Assembly: GCA_965222375.1 (NCBI GenBank)
Contig: CBDCTZ010000011.1
Location: 64,001 to 128,000 of the forward strand
Direction of reading: 5' to 3'
Length of the DNA stretch: 64,000 bases
Source of the DNA: Polyangiaceae bacterium
GTDB taxonomy: Bacteria > Myxococcota_A > Polyangia > Polyangiales > Polyangiaceae
The position numbers and the translations under genes are program-made. Positions 8,747 to 18,314 of this stretch are shown here, one piece after another; the first letter of the stretch is position 1, and every line of letters starts with the position of its first letter. A model generated the notes under the pieces. That model saw nothing but the letters and a program-made list of their open reading frames with translations, searched no databases and was not told where the DNA came from.

Positions 8747-10507
8747 ATGGTCGGCCCTGTGACGACTGCGGAGCTGCTCTTGGGAACCCAGCGCGAGACG
8801 CGCGCGCCGGTGTCGCTTCCGGCGACCACGCTGTTGCGCCACCTCATGGCCCTTGGCTCCAGTGGGTCGGGCAAGACAGTGTTTTGCAAGGTTGTCGTGG
8901 AGGAGTTGGTGCGCGCCGGCATTCCGACCATCTGCGTCGACCCCCAAGGTGACTTGTGTAGCCTGGTATCCGGCGCCCTGAGCGACGACGAGCTGCGTGA
9001 ACGCGGCTTGGAGCCAGCCCTTGCGGCGGAGTTTCGACAGAAGGCTGACGTGGTCATCTACACGCCCGCGTCGGCGAAAGGCGTCCCGCTTTGCGCCGAC
9101 CCTGTGGATCCAGGTCTGGAGGGTCTGCCCCCGTCCGAGCGCCTGGCGGCGGTGACTCGCACGGCCAGCATGGTCACGGCGCTGCTTGGATTCGACGTGG
9201 ATGGCGACGACGGTGCTGGCCTGACAGCGGTGTTGGATGCAGTGCTGCAGCGGTTGCTCGATAGTGGGCAGCAGCTGAACCTGGCCAGCTTGACCGAAGC
9301 GCTGACGAAGGCAGATCACAGCGAGCTCGAGCGCTATCTGGATGCTCGCAAGATCCGCACGGCTTGCCAGCGCCTTGCGCGACTCGATGTCGGTGCTCGG
9401 CGGCTTTTGTTCCACCAGGGCGTACCCATCGACATCGATCAACTCGTGGGCACAGAAGGAGGCGAGCCGTGCAAGACGCGCGTCAGTGTGATCTACTTGA
9501 ACACCTTGCACAGTCAGGAGGACAAAGACTTCCTGGTCGCCGCGCTCGTAGATCGGCTTTACGCTTGGATGCTGGCGCATCCCAGCCCGACACCACAGCT
9601 GTTGTTCTACATTGACGAGGTGAGCCCGTTCATTCCCCCGGTGAGGAAGCCGGCGTGTAAGGACGGGCTTGCCCTGCTCTTCAAACAAGCGCGCAAGTAC
9701 GGAGTATGCTGTTTGATGGCGACGCAGAACCCGGGTGACGTCGACTACCGAGCCATGGCGCAGTTTGGAACCTGGGCCCTGGGCAGGCTGACCACGCGCC
9801 AAGACTTGAAGAAACTGGAGCCGACCATCAAGTCCGTGGATCCGGTTTCGTCGGAAGCTGTGATGGCTTGCTTGCCAAGCTTGGCTCCGGGCGAGTTGAC
9901 GTTGCTGTCGCCCGACAACTTCTCGCAGGCCGTTCCCCTGAAGACTCGCTGGCTCTTTACGGATCACTCCACCTTTGACGAAGAGCGGATCGAGGAAGTA
10001 GCGGATGAGCGCTGGCGCGAACGATTCGCCTTCCCGGCGGCTGATGCTGCTCGCAAGCCGTCGATCAAGCAGGCTTCCGTCGCCGGGGAGGGGACTGGTT
10101 CGGCCAGAAGCGCTGGCCCGAAGTCAGCCGCGGTCGTGGCCGCCGAGGCAGAGTTGCGATCGAAGCCATCTGTGAAGGAAGCGCCCGCCGCGACAACCGC
10201 TGAAGCTCGGGGGGGCGCGAAAACGGTGGCCATGACCGCTCCCGTGGCGGCCGCGTCGAATCCGAAACAGCCAGAAGCGTCACGGAAACCTGCGGTGGGC
10301 TCCGCCCGACCAAGCTCTGCAAGCAGTGGAGCGCGAGCTGTCGGTTCGCGAATCTGCATCAGTCAAAGAACTGGCCGTGCCCCTGAGCATGTCGGAGAAG
10401 AAGGTCCGTGGGTTGCTCAAGCAACTGGTCGCGCGTGGTGTAGCGTCCGAGTTCAAACAAGGCCGTGGGATGCGCTACCACCTGGTGGCCCTTGGCGGCC
10501 GACCTGA
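8747..10507 (+). CDS. HerA/FtsK-like P-loop ATPase (DUF87/DUF853-like), 5' part of a frameshifted gene
   Basis: Walker A GSSGSGKT, VDPQGD, Walker B LFYIDE, KQARKYG, ATQNPGD; the tail after ~10300 reads as out-of-frame text. Confidence 0.85.
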   Translation: MVGPVTTAELLLGTQRETRAPVSLPATTLLRHLMALGSSGSGKTVFCKVVVEELVRAGIPTICVDPQGDLCSLVSGALSDDELRERGLEPALAAEFRQKADVVIYTPASAKGVPLCADPVDPGLEGLPPSERLAAVTRTASMVTALLGFDVDGDDGAGLTAVLDAVLQRLLDSGQQLNLASLTEALTKADHSELERYLDARKIRTACQRLARLDVGARRLLFHQGVPIDIDQLVGTEGGEPCKTRVSVIYLNTLHSQEDKDFLVAALVDRLYAWMLAHPSPTPQLLFYIDEVSPFIPPVRKPACKDGLALLFKQARKYGVCCLMATQNPGDVDYRAMAQFGTWALGRLTTRQDLKKLEPTIKSVDPVSSEAVMACLPSLAPGELTLLSPDNFSQAVPLKTRWLFTDHSTFDEERIEEVADERWRERFAFPAADAARKPSIKQASVAGEGTGSARSAGPKSAAVVAAEAELRSKPSVKEAPAATTAEARGGAKTVAMTAPVAAASNPKQPEASRKPAVGSARPSSASSGARAVGSRICISQRTGRAPEHVGEEGPWVAQATGRAWCSVRVQTRPWDALPPGGPWRPT

Positions 10508-11117
10508 TCTCGGCCTGCCGAGTCGCGTGCTCGCCGTGACCGCACGCATCGATCAAGCAACCGCGGCCAGCCTGGCTCGTGACCACGCGCGAAGCCGCTT
10601 GTTGGGATTGATCGGGGCGGACGAGACCCTGGTCCACCTGCGCCTCGTGCATCGGTTGCTGTATAAACTCGACTTCCGCGAACACGTAGAGCGCGGGCTG
10701 CTCGGCCGAATCGTCGGTGGGCGCGAGGACGAGCGTCTAGGGAGCGTGTACGTGCACCCGCAGACCCTGGAGCTGCTGGTTCTCGATCTCAGGGCCGGTA
10801 TTCGATTCGCCAGTGCGCCGGACCAGGAGCATGCCGGGGACGTTCCGGATCTCGATGGCGTCGCGGCCTTCACCCATGCCCCGCCGTCACAGCTCGTGTT
10901 CGATGAGCAAGAGTGGGCTGGCCGCAGGGGACCCAAAGAGGTCGCCGAGAGCTTTCACCACCGTTACTCCGCCCGCTGTGAAGCAGTCACTCCGCTGTTC
11001 TTGCCGCTCTGGGAGTTGACGTTCCAACAGGATAGCGGGGCTCGCTACCGTGTCATCAACCTCGATGCCCTGCTTGGTCAGCCGGTATCCTGGCCGCGCT
11101 TGGATGGTTCGAACTAG
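10326..11117 (+). CDS. winged-HTH-containing C-terminal part of the ATPase gene (frameshift near 10297-10299)
   Basis: SVKELAVPLSMSEKKVRGLLKQLVARG wHTH pattern; overlaps the upstream ORF by 182 nt; its frame is open upstream (APPDQALQAV). Confidence 0.7.
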   Translation: MERELSVRESASVKELAVPLSMSEKKVRGLLKQLVARGVASEFKQGRGMRYHLVALGGRPDLGLPSRVLAVTARIDQATAASLARDHARSRLLGLIGADETLVHLRLVHRLLYKLDFREHVERGLLGRIVGGREDERLGSVYVHPQTLELLVLDLRAGIRFASAPDQEHAGDVPDLDGVAAFTHAPPSQLVFDEQEWAGRRGPKEVAESFHHRYSARCEAVTPLFLPLWELTFQQDSGARYRVINLDALLGQPVSWPRLDGSN

Positions 11118-11212
11118 CTCGCTCCGAGCGCAAACCACCCCAACCGCGGCGTCCAAATCGAAGATTTCCCGCGGGTCTCTACATCGCAGCGGCCGGCGCG
11201 CTGCCCGTTGCG

Positions 11213-11443
11213 TCAGGCAGATTGCACCAGGGCCGGAGCTGATACCTGGGGCAGCAAACTCAGGCCCTTGGCCGCCTCTGGCTCGTCGCTATACGCGAGA
11301 AAGACGGCAGCAAACGCGATGAAGAGTGCGACGACCAAACCCACCAAGATCGCGACCAGTTTCACGTTTCGCCGGACTTTCAGCGTGTGCAGAGAGTGGC
11401 GAATGTCGTCGTCTAGCGAGTTGTGTTCAGCAGTATGAGCCAT
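11213..11443 (-). CDS. small single-pass membrane protein
   Basis: Strong RBS AAAGGAG upstream of ATG; hydrophobic stretch LVAILVGLVVALFIAFAAVFLAY. Confidence 0.75.
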   Translation of the reverse strand: MAHTAEHNSLDDDIRHSLHTLKVRRNVKLVAILVGLVVALFIAFAAVFLAYSDEPEAAKGLSLLPQVSAPALVQSA

Positions 11444-11577
11444 GCCTTAGACTCCTTTCGGCTCATACAAGCTGGGTCCGCAGCCGAACCACGGCAACAC
11501 GAAGAGTTTGCGCGATTTCCGGTTCAGCGAGGGCGGAACGCGGTCAGTGAACGCCAACCCTGACGAAATTCAGAGCA

Positions 11578-12750
11578 TCAGCCCGCAGCCTTTTCGAGCG
11601 CGGTGAGAGCGCGCTCGATACCGGCTCGGCGGTGGGGGACGTAGCTCAGCATGAAGTAGACAACCCAGATGCCAACCACCGTTGAAGCTGTGACCAGAAG
11701 AGCCCAGCGCCAAGCGCGGTTCTTCTTGCGGCGTGCCCTGCGGAGCCGCCGAGTTCCCCACAGCCCAACGCCGAAGCAGACCGCCAAGGAGGCGTAGCTC
11801 GCGTAGCGCTGTCGGCGAGTGCGGCGAAGGTTGTTGCGCAACACCTGCTCCGCCTGCCCCCGAAGCATGGCATCGAAGGGACCTGGCGTGACCGCAGTGG
11901 GTGCGTCGTTGGACTTCTTGGTGACGGCAATGCGCATGAACACGGCGCGATGGTCACTGAGCCGGCGCTTGCTGCCGTCGCTCAAAGCTACTGGGACATG
12001 CAACACGCGTTTCATCTCCAAGCCCTTGACGGCAAGTTGCTCGCCGTCGCGCAGCAGTACTTGGTCCACGCGCCAACGGCCTTCCGGCAACCGCACGCCG
12101 GCTTGCTGGCGTAGTACCCGGCAACTGACTGAATGCGGGCGGGCGTTGAAGTCGCCCCCAAGAATCAGGGGCAAAGTAGTATCCCTGAGCCAGCTGGCCA
12201 TCTCGAGGGATTGAGCAATGCGCACAGACTCGTAGCTGCCGGTTTGGTAGCTAGCCTGAAAGTGCGTGTTGACGAAGCGTACCAGGCCTATGGGCGTCTC
12301 GAGCTGCACGTCCAGGGCGCCCTTTCTACCGATCCAGTCCAAGTGGTAGGGGGTGTGCGGGCGTCGGCCTAGGGAGAAGCTGTGGCGCCTGGATGCCCTG
12401 ATCGGGAATCGGGACGCGATGATCATGCCCGAGCTGTCGTAGGCGATGGGATTGGAGGTGGCCGCACGGAAGACGTGAGCCAGTCCCTGCTTGCGCAGCG
12501 AGTCTTCCAGACTAGCCGAGTCTCGCTCTGCCCAGACTTCTTGGAGCATGACGACGTCGGGTTTCAGCTCGCCGATCTTCTCGGGCAAGCGTTCGAGACG
12601 CTCGGAGCGGGCAGGTGCAGTGAGGGGCACCATGTAGACGTTGTAGCTGACGACGCGGATCTCGAGGGTCTCGGCGTGCGCAGGCCTCGTGGACAGCAGT
12701 GCGGCCAACGACAGCAGGCTGGCCGAGACGACTAGGAATAGGTGCCGCAC
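11578..12750 (-). CDS. EEP-superfamily phosphodiesterase (sphingomyelinase-like) with C-terminal TM helices
   Basis: Signal peptide; SYNV, PDVVMLQEVW, NTHF, GGDFN, LSDH motifs; two C-terminal hydrophobic segments. Confidence 0.88.
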   Translation of the reverse strand: MRHLFLVVSASLLSLAALLSTRPAHAETLEIRVVSYNVYMVPLTAPARSERLERLPEKIGELKPDVVMLQEVWAERDSASLEDSLRKQGLAHVFRAATSNPIAYDSSGMIIASRFPIRASRRHSFSLGRRPHTPYHLDWIGRKGALDVQLETPIGLVRFVNTHFQASYQTGSYESVRIAQSLEMASWLRDTTLPLILGGDFNARPHSVSCRVLRQQAGVRLPEGRWRVDQVLLRDGEQLAVKGLEMKRVLHVPVALSDGSKRRLSDHRAVFMRIAVTKKSNDAPTAVTPGPFDAMLRGQAEQVLRNNLRRTRRQRYASYASLAVCFGVGLWGTRRLRRARRKKNRAWRWALLVTASTVVGIWVVYFMLSYVPHRRAGIERALTALEKAAG

Positions 12751-12807
12751 TCTCGTCGAAGCTCAGAAGCGGCGGGGATCGTGATGCGCGTAAGCGCATC
12801 GCCTAGA

Positions 12808-14097
12808 TCAGGGCAAGGGGTTCTCAAATGAGTCCTGCTCCACCCCTTGCTGATTGAACATGCGGCCCTTGAGCGAGGTCGGGCCAAACTCGAGCAGCGT
12901 GAAGTTGTAGTACTCACCCTTCGTTATTCTCATGGCGCAGGTGGGCCGATCGATATTTTCGTCCAGATCATGTAGCGCCGCTCCACCGCCACCAGCGGTG
13001 ATGTAGGTCAGCGTTTTGCCCGGATCCGCTGCGTGGGGCACTTCGAAGCGCTCGTAGCCGTGCACATGCCCTTGCACCACGAGGGTCACTCCGTGCTTTT
13101 CGAACAGGGGCTGATACAGCGCGCGCGACCCGCTCTTTTGACTGGTGGGGCCACAGGTCAGGAACGGACGGTGGAAGAAGACCACCGACGCCCGGTAGCC
13201 AGGCTGGGACGCCGCGTCCGCCAGTTGCTTTTCGAACCAAGTGAACTGGGCCGAGCCAGCGTCCATGTCGTCTTCGGTGTTGAGTGCGAAGAACCAAATG
13301 CCTCCACTGTTGATTCGATAGTAGTCGTCGGTGCCGTCGAAGCCCGCCTTGCCAAAGAAGCGCACGTAGTATTGTTCATACTCGTCGGGCTTTTCGAACT
13401 CGTGATTGCCCAAAGACGGGAAGAACGCTCCCTGTTGGAACATCGGCATCATCAACGGAAACCACGAGTTCCAGGTCTCGAGTATCGAGAGGTAGTACTG
13501 GATGTCGCCACCGTGGATGGTGAAGTCGTAGTCGTGCTTGGCGGCTTCGAGCACCAGGTCGTTGGTTCCGCCCAGCGCCGCGTTGGTGTCGGCAATCACC
13601 AAGACTTTGAAACTGTCTCCGGATTTGCGTGCCGTACAAAAGCGACCCTTCAGGGTCGAGTCTTCTGCGAGCTCGTAGGTGTAGCAGGTCGCTGGCGCTA
13701 GAGAGTTGAGGGCCAGTTCGTGCATGTAGTAGGTGCCCGCCTGGTCCGGCGGCGCGTTCACATTGAGACTGACGTAGGTGTTGTCGACCACGAAGGGCGT
13801 CGCCGTCGCATCGTGTTGCGTGGGCGAGCCCCCAGCCTCAGGGGTCACGGTCACGCCTGTCTTGCCGTCCTCGCGGCATGCTTCCCAACGCAAGATCGCG
13901 GAGCCGTCGTCCACGCCCATGACCCAGGGGCCCTTGCTCACAGCAGTCGAGCCGTTGCACAGCCCACCTCCGTCGCCATCGGCTTGCCCTTCTGCACCAG
14001 CATCAGAAGGTGGTGGTGATTTCTCCCCTTCTTCGCTGTCAGAACAGGTGAGAAGTAGCAATCCGCCCGCTAATAGGCTCCACGCCAAACGCCGCAT
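12808..14097 (-). CDS. purple-acid-phosphatase-like metallophosphoesterase lipoprotein
   Basis: Lipobox LLTC; FN3-like N-domain; IADT, HGGDIQY, GNHE, FFHRP, GHVHGYER. Confidence 0.9.
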   Translation of the reverse strand: MRRLAWSLLAGGLLLLTCSDSEEGEKSPPPSDAGAEGQADGDGGGLCNGSTAVSKGPWVMGVDDGSAILRWEACREDGKTGVTVTPEAGGSPTQHDATATPFVVDNTYVSLNVNAPPDQAGTYYMHELALNSLAPATCYTYELAEDSTLKGRFCTARKSGDSFKVLVIADTNAALGGTNDLVLEAAKHDYDFTIHGGDIQYYLSILETWNSWFPLMMPMFQQGAFFPSLGNHEFEKPDEYEQYYVRFFGKAGFDGTDDYYRINSGGIWFFALNTEDDMDAGSAQFTWFEKQLADAASQPGYRASVVFFHRPFLTCGPTSQKSGSRALYQPLFEKHGVTLVVQGHVHGYERFEVPHAADPGKTLTYITAGGGGAALHDLDENIDRPTCAMRITKGEYYNFTLLEFGPTSLKGRMFNQQGVEQDSFENPLP

Positions 14098-14118
14098 TGG
14101 GCTCAGCGTACCACGGGG

Positions 14119-14937
14119 TCAGAGCGTGGGTTGCAGTGTCGCGCTCAGTCGCAGCAAGGTCCCGACGGCTCTGCCCTCATCGCCGGAGGTCGGGTTGCGA
14201 AAGTCTGACCAGGCTCCGCTCGAGCGTTCACGGACGAAACCGACCAAGTCGACGCCCCAAACCGCATCTCGCGAGCCCATTACGGTGACGCCGCCACCCA
14301 AACGCAGGCCGTAGTAGAACGGCGTCTCTGCCACATCGTCCTTCTTCGTCCAGGCCCAGGCCATGCCGGCGCCCGCGAGCATGTGTCCGTGGAACTCACC
14401 ACCCCGGTAGAAGAAGTAGAGGAAGTCGAGGGCTAGTGGGATTTCGGTGCGCTTGGCCCCCAGGGCGTCTTTTCCGTAGAGGATGTCCACGCTGCTTTCG
14501 AAAGCGATGTGCCGAGCGGTATAGCGACGGACCGCGAAACCCACGCCCCCCATGATCGGAGCGAGGTAGGTGGCCCGGGCCGTGTATCCCCAGGTGTACA
14601 GGTCGTCCCAGGGGTTCCAGTCGTCGCCGGTCTTCAGCGGATAGGGACAATCGTAGTTGCTCTGTGTACGCGGGGCGCCGTAGTAGCAATCAGGCCCGTA
14701 AGAGAAATCGTATTCACCGTCTTCGATGGCCACGGCTCGCCGACGGGCTTGTCGAGCTCGCTCTTCTTGGCGTTTCGCTTCTTCGCTCTTCTCGCCAGGG
14801 AGGAAGCTCGATGGCGGCTCGTTGGCCGGCGGCATGAGGGATTCATCCTCGAGGTCCAGGTAGGGTCGCGCTGATGCCTCCCTGGCTGCGCCGAGCAGGG
14901 TGAGGCCGAGACAGGCCGCTGTTGTGATGCCACGCAC
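14119..14937 (-). CDS. putative outer-membrane beta-barrel protein
   Basis: Signal peptide from GTG 14937 (MRGITTAACLGLTLLGAAREASA); C-terminal alternating aromatic/Gly beta-strands. Confidence 0.65.
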   Translation of the reverse strand: MRGITTAACLGLTLLGAAREASARPYLDLEDESLMPPANEPPSSFLPGEKSEEAKRQEERARQARRRAVAIEDGEYDFSYGPDCYYGAPRTQSNYDCPYPLKTGDDWNPWDDLYTWGYTARATYLAPIMGGVGFAVRRYTARHIAFESSVDILYGKDALGAKRTEIPLALDFLYFFYRGGEFHGHMLAGAGMAWAWTKKDDVAETPFYYGLRLGGGVTVMGSRDAVWGVDLVGFVRERSSGAWSDFRNPTSGDEGRAVGTLLRLSATLQPTL

Positions 14938-15072
14938 GTGGAAGATGGCAGCAACCAACGTGCCAATACTCGGCGGTGTTGTACGCAAGACGATCTTCGA
15001 CCCCTCGACGTAGCTGAGCTTGGGCCTGCGGCGCGGTGCCCCCACCTTTGGGGCTTCGCCGCCACGCACAGC

Positions 15073-15639
15073 TCAGGACTGGGGCTTGCACACCATCATG
15101 CAGTCGTCGCAGCCCGGGCAGCTGGAGCCGCAACCGCAAATGGTGCCCACCGGGCATCCGGCCGCTGGATCGCACGGTGGCGCGCACGCGGGCGCCTCGC
15201 TGAAGTAGACGCAGGACATGCCTGGGTGGCAGGTGGTCGCGGTGCACGGGTCGTTGATGCTCGCAGCGGCACAGGACTTTACGCACTGCTCGATGCTTTC
15301 GAAGTTGTTGGCGTTGCCGCCGCAACCACCGTAGGTGAATTGTTCGCACTTGCCGGACTGGGTGTTGAACCACCAGCGCGGGATCGCTGCCAGACAGTTG
15401 CCGGGCTCCTTGGGCAACTGGCAATCTTGGGAACCGCCACCGCCGGTCCCGGAGCTGCCACCTGTGCCGGAGCTTGCACCCGTGCCGGAGCTTGCACCCG
15501 TGCCTGGGTTGCCGCCGGTTCCGGCACTCGCACCCGTTCCCGCGCCGCCGCCACTTCCGTCCGAGGTGCTCTGCCCGGAGCAGCCAGTGGCGATAGCAGC
15601 GCCAAAGACGATCAACGCGCTCAGTCGGCCCAATTGCAT
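15073..15639 (-). CDS. BPTI/Kunitz-domain lipoprotein
   Basis: Lipobox ATGC, Gly/Ser/Thr linker, CQLPKEPGNCLAAIPRWWFN...CEQFTYGGCGGNANNFESIEQC..C (full Kunitz signature), then a second Cys-rich module. Confidence 0.93.
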   Translation of the reverse strand: MQLGRLSALIVFGAAIATGCSGQSTSDGSGGGAGTGASAGTGGNPGTGASSGTGASSGTGGSSGTGGGGSQDCQLPKEPGNCLAAIPRWWFNTQSGKCEQFTYGGCGGNANNFESIEQCVKSCAAASINDPCTATTCHPGMSCVYFSEAPACAPPCDPAAGCPVGTICGCGSSCPGCDDCMMVCKPQS

Positions 15640-15734
15640 GCGCCAATCATGACAGCGGTTCGCGGCTCAGGCGAGGGGCTCCAGGGCGAGGGCGGGTTCA
15701 GCTAGCCACGTTCCAAGGATTCTCGGCGGAAGCT

Positions 15735-16436
15735 GTGCGAAACGGCGGGTCCGCGCTACGCTGTGGCGTGCTGTCGACACGGGTCTGGTGGGTCATATTC
15801 TGTGGCGGGCTAGCTGCCTGCGCTCTCGACTCTCGAGGGGAGGGCGTCGGGCCAGGCGGCTTCGCTGACTCGGGGATCGGGTCCGGTGGCGTCTCAGGGG
15901 GTGGTGGGTTCGGCGTGGGTGGCGCGACCGGAGGGGCGCCGGCCACGGGTGGCACTTCTGGAACCGGCGGCACGCCAAGCACAGGCGGTGTCTCAGGTAC
16001 AGGTGGCGCTCCCGCCACGGGCGGCACACCAGGTACGGGGGGAGCTCCGAGTAGCGGCGGCACGCCCGCAACCGGAGGCACGCCGGCGACGGGTGGAATT
16101 CCGAATACTGGCGGCACCCCCGCGACGGGTGGAATTCCGAATACTGGCGGCACCCCCGCGACGGGTGGCACCCCCGCGACGGGTGGCACCCCTGCGACGG
16201 GCGGCACTCCTGCGACGGGCGGCACTCCTGCTACGGGTGGCACCCCGGGCAGCGGTGGCGGCTCAAACTGCAAGCAACAGGGGCAAGGTTGCAGCATCAC
16301 CGGGCAGAATTGCTGCGCTCAACTCTATTGTGACGCTTTTGCCGGCCCTGGATGCAAGGCATGCAAGCCCAAGGGCGCCGGCTGCGCCTTCGACATCGAG
16401 TGCTGCAACAAGTGCACGTTCTTTACGTGTTCCTGA
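15735..16436 (+). CDS. lipoprotein with (TGGTPA)n linker and two C-terminal 6-Cys knottin-like modules
   Basis: GLAAC lipobox; 18-nt-period repeats at about 15940-16250; two C-C-CC-C-C modules. True start may be a downstream GTG. Confidence 0.8.
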   Translation: MRNGGSALRCGVLSTRVWWVIFCGGLAACALDSRGEGVGPGGFADSGIGSGGVSGGGGFGVGGATGGAPATGGTSGTGGTPSTGGVSGTGGAPATGGTPGTGGAPSSGGTPATGGTPATGGIPNTGGTPATGGIPNTGGTPATGGTPATGGTPATGGTPATGGTPATGGTPGSGGGSNCKQQGQGCSITGQNCCAQLYCDAFAGPGCKACKPKGAGCAFDIECCNKCTFFTCS

Positions 16437-16447
16437 GAGGTGTGACA

Positions 16448-17032
16448 GTGAGTCGATTCAAAGTGGGTTCGCTCGCGTTGGTCGTAGCCGGCGTGGTCGG
16501 CGCGGCGGGGTGCGGAAGTGATGACGATTCGGGAGGTGGCTCCGGCGGCGCAAGTGGAACCGGTGCGACTGGCGCAGGAGGTGGCAGTGCGGGCACGAGC
16601 ACGGGTGGCGCGAGTGGCGCGGCCGGTTCGAGTAGCGGGGGCGGCGCGGGCGCGAGCAGCGGTGGTGCGAGTGGCAGCGGTGGAAGCTCGTCCGATGCCG
16701 GCTCCGACAGTGGCGCGGACTCGGGCACCTGCCTGACGGGGACCAAGCTGCTCGCCACGGTTCCCCCCGGTGGCGGCAGCAAATGCAGCTTCACGTTTAG
16801 CGGCAGCTACACGCCGGGGGCGGTCAATCTCTTGCTGACCCCCGGATGGGGAACGGTGTGTTTCGCTGGCAGTAGCAGTGGCTGCGGCAGCGGTGCATCT
16901 GCGGATGGCTGGTGGTTTGTGGGCCCAAACGAGATCGCGTTGTGTGACGCCACCTGCAACCGGTTCTACAAGCAGCCCGCCGGCAAGCTGACACTCCGCT
17001 TCGGCTGTGCCAGCGAAAGCTGCAATCACTAG
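16448..17032 (+). CDS. Gly/Ser-linker lipoprotein with Cys-containing C-terminal domain
   Basis: GTG 16448 after GAGAGG; MSRFKVGSLALVVAGVVGAAGC lipobox. Confidence 0.78.
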   Translation: MSRFKVGSLALVVAGVVGAAGCGSDDDSGGGSGGASGTGATGAGGGSAGTSTGGASGAAGSSSGGGAGASSGGASGSGGSSSDAGSDSGADSGTCLTGTKLLATVPPGGGSKCSFTFSGSYTPGAVNLLLTPGWGTVCFAGSSSGCGSGASADGWWFVGPNEIALCDATCNRFYKQPAGKLTLRFGCASESCNH

Positions 17033-17179
17033 CCAAGCCCTGACGCTGGTCCGAGCCATCGGCGTGCGTTTCGGGGTCGAGTTTGACGGTGCGAACACCC
17101 CGAGCAGACCGTCGCAAAAACTGGGAACAATGCCCACGGAACCTGGTCCAAGGCGTGTCGGAAGCTGCAGGAGGTTCGA

Positions 17180-17620
17180 ATGCCACGCCACATGGTCCTG
17201 GTTCTGTGCGCGCTGACGGGTTGCTATGCGCCCGTGGAGCAAGGGTCAGCAACCAGGTCTGCGCCCATCAGCTATGGGGGCTACGCTGAAAGCGATATCT
17301 TCTGTACCTCCGGGCAGTTCTACATGCTGGTCGATGACGTGATGGGCGAGGACTGGAAGTTGACCGGCTACTATGAATCCGAACCCGTGGGTGGCCGCCG
17401 TTACCGTGCGACATCCCGTATCGAAGGCAAGGTCAAAGGTGGCCTGTTGGTGCTCGATAGCCGCGAGCTTCTGGAGAGCGACCCCCTGCCGCCCGGTCTC
17501 AAGTGGTGCATGGGCCAAACTCGCTTGCAGCCCGAGGCTGGCGATCTGCAAAAGCTGACCGGGCAGTTTCACTCCAAAGGCTGTGGCTGCAGGATGCAGG
17601 TGAGCTTGACGGGGCAGTAG
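17180..17620 (+). CDS. hypothetical lipoprotein
   Basis: GGAGG RBS; VLVLCALTGC lipobox. Confidence 0.7.
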   Translation: MPRHMVLVLCALTGCYAPVEQGSATRSAPISYGGYAESDIFCTSGQFYMLVDDVMGEDWKLTGYYESEPVGGRRYRATSRIEGKVKGGLLVLDSRELLESDPLPPGLKWCMGQTRLQPEAGDLQKLTGQFHSKGCGCRMQVSLTGQ

Positions 17621-17692
17621 CCTGCGGTTCCGGCCCCATAGAAATCCGGGAGCGCAGGTGGCAGGTCACGCATACGGCTTGCCATCGGCGGT

Positions 17693-18304
17693 GTGATCCC
17701 CACAAATTGCTCCGTGCCCGCCGACCTCGAAGCGGAGCTGGAGTTTTCGGTTCCGGACATGACCGCACCCCTAGACGTGGCGGCGCATCGCGCGTTGGCG
17801 GCACCACCCTGCAGCGTCAAGGGCATGTTCTTCCAAGCGCTGTTCGAGGCGTTGCCCACGGGAATGCCCGAAGGCAAACGCTACGTGTCGTTTCGTGCCT
17901 ACCCCATGCTCGAATATATGGACCTGCTGCTCGATGCGGCCAAGACGCTGCATCCCCGACGTCCAATCCGCGAAGGTCTGCGTCGCGTGGGGCATTTGGG
18001 GTACCCCACCTTCGCCAACAGCTTGATTGGTCGCGTGATCATGGGTGTACTCGGCAACGACCTGGATGCCATCGTTGGGCGCGCGCCCCGTGCCTACGCA
18101 GTCAGCATCGAGCCAGGGCGAGTCACGAGCCAGCGCGTTGCCGAGCAGCACTGGCGCATGGCGTTTACCAAGGTTCCCAACTTCATCGATTGCTACCAGC
18201 TAGGCGTCGTGGAGGGAGCGATCTTGCATTGCGGGGCAAGGCCACGGATCGAGGTCTGTACTCAGGCCATCGACTCGGCGGTCCTCGACGTGCGTTGGAC
18301 TTAG
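17693..18304 (+). CDS. DUF2378-like (Myxococcales-type) protein
   Basis: SVKGMFF, RYVSFRAYP, EGLRRVG...FANSLIGRV, YQLGVVEG, C-terminal VRW pattern. Confidence 0.82.
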   Translation: MIPTNCSVPADLEAELEFSVPDMTAPLDVAAHRALAAPPCSVKGMFFQALFEALPTGMPEGKRYVSFRAYPMLEYMDLLLDAAKTLHPRRPIREGLRRVGHLGYPTFANSLIGRVIMGVLGNDLDAIVGRAPRAYAVSIEPGRVTSQRVAEQHWRMAFTKVPNFIDCYQLGVVEGAILHCGARPRIEVCTQAIDSAVLDVRWT

Positions 18305-18314
18305 GTAGACATGC

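Noticed and set aside
15698..16300. (PPVAGV)n protein on the minus strand
   Set aside because: Antisense reading of the TGGTPA linker repeat.
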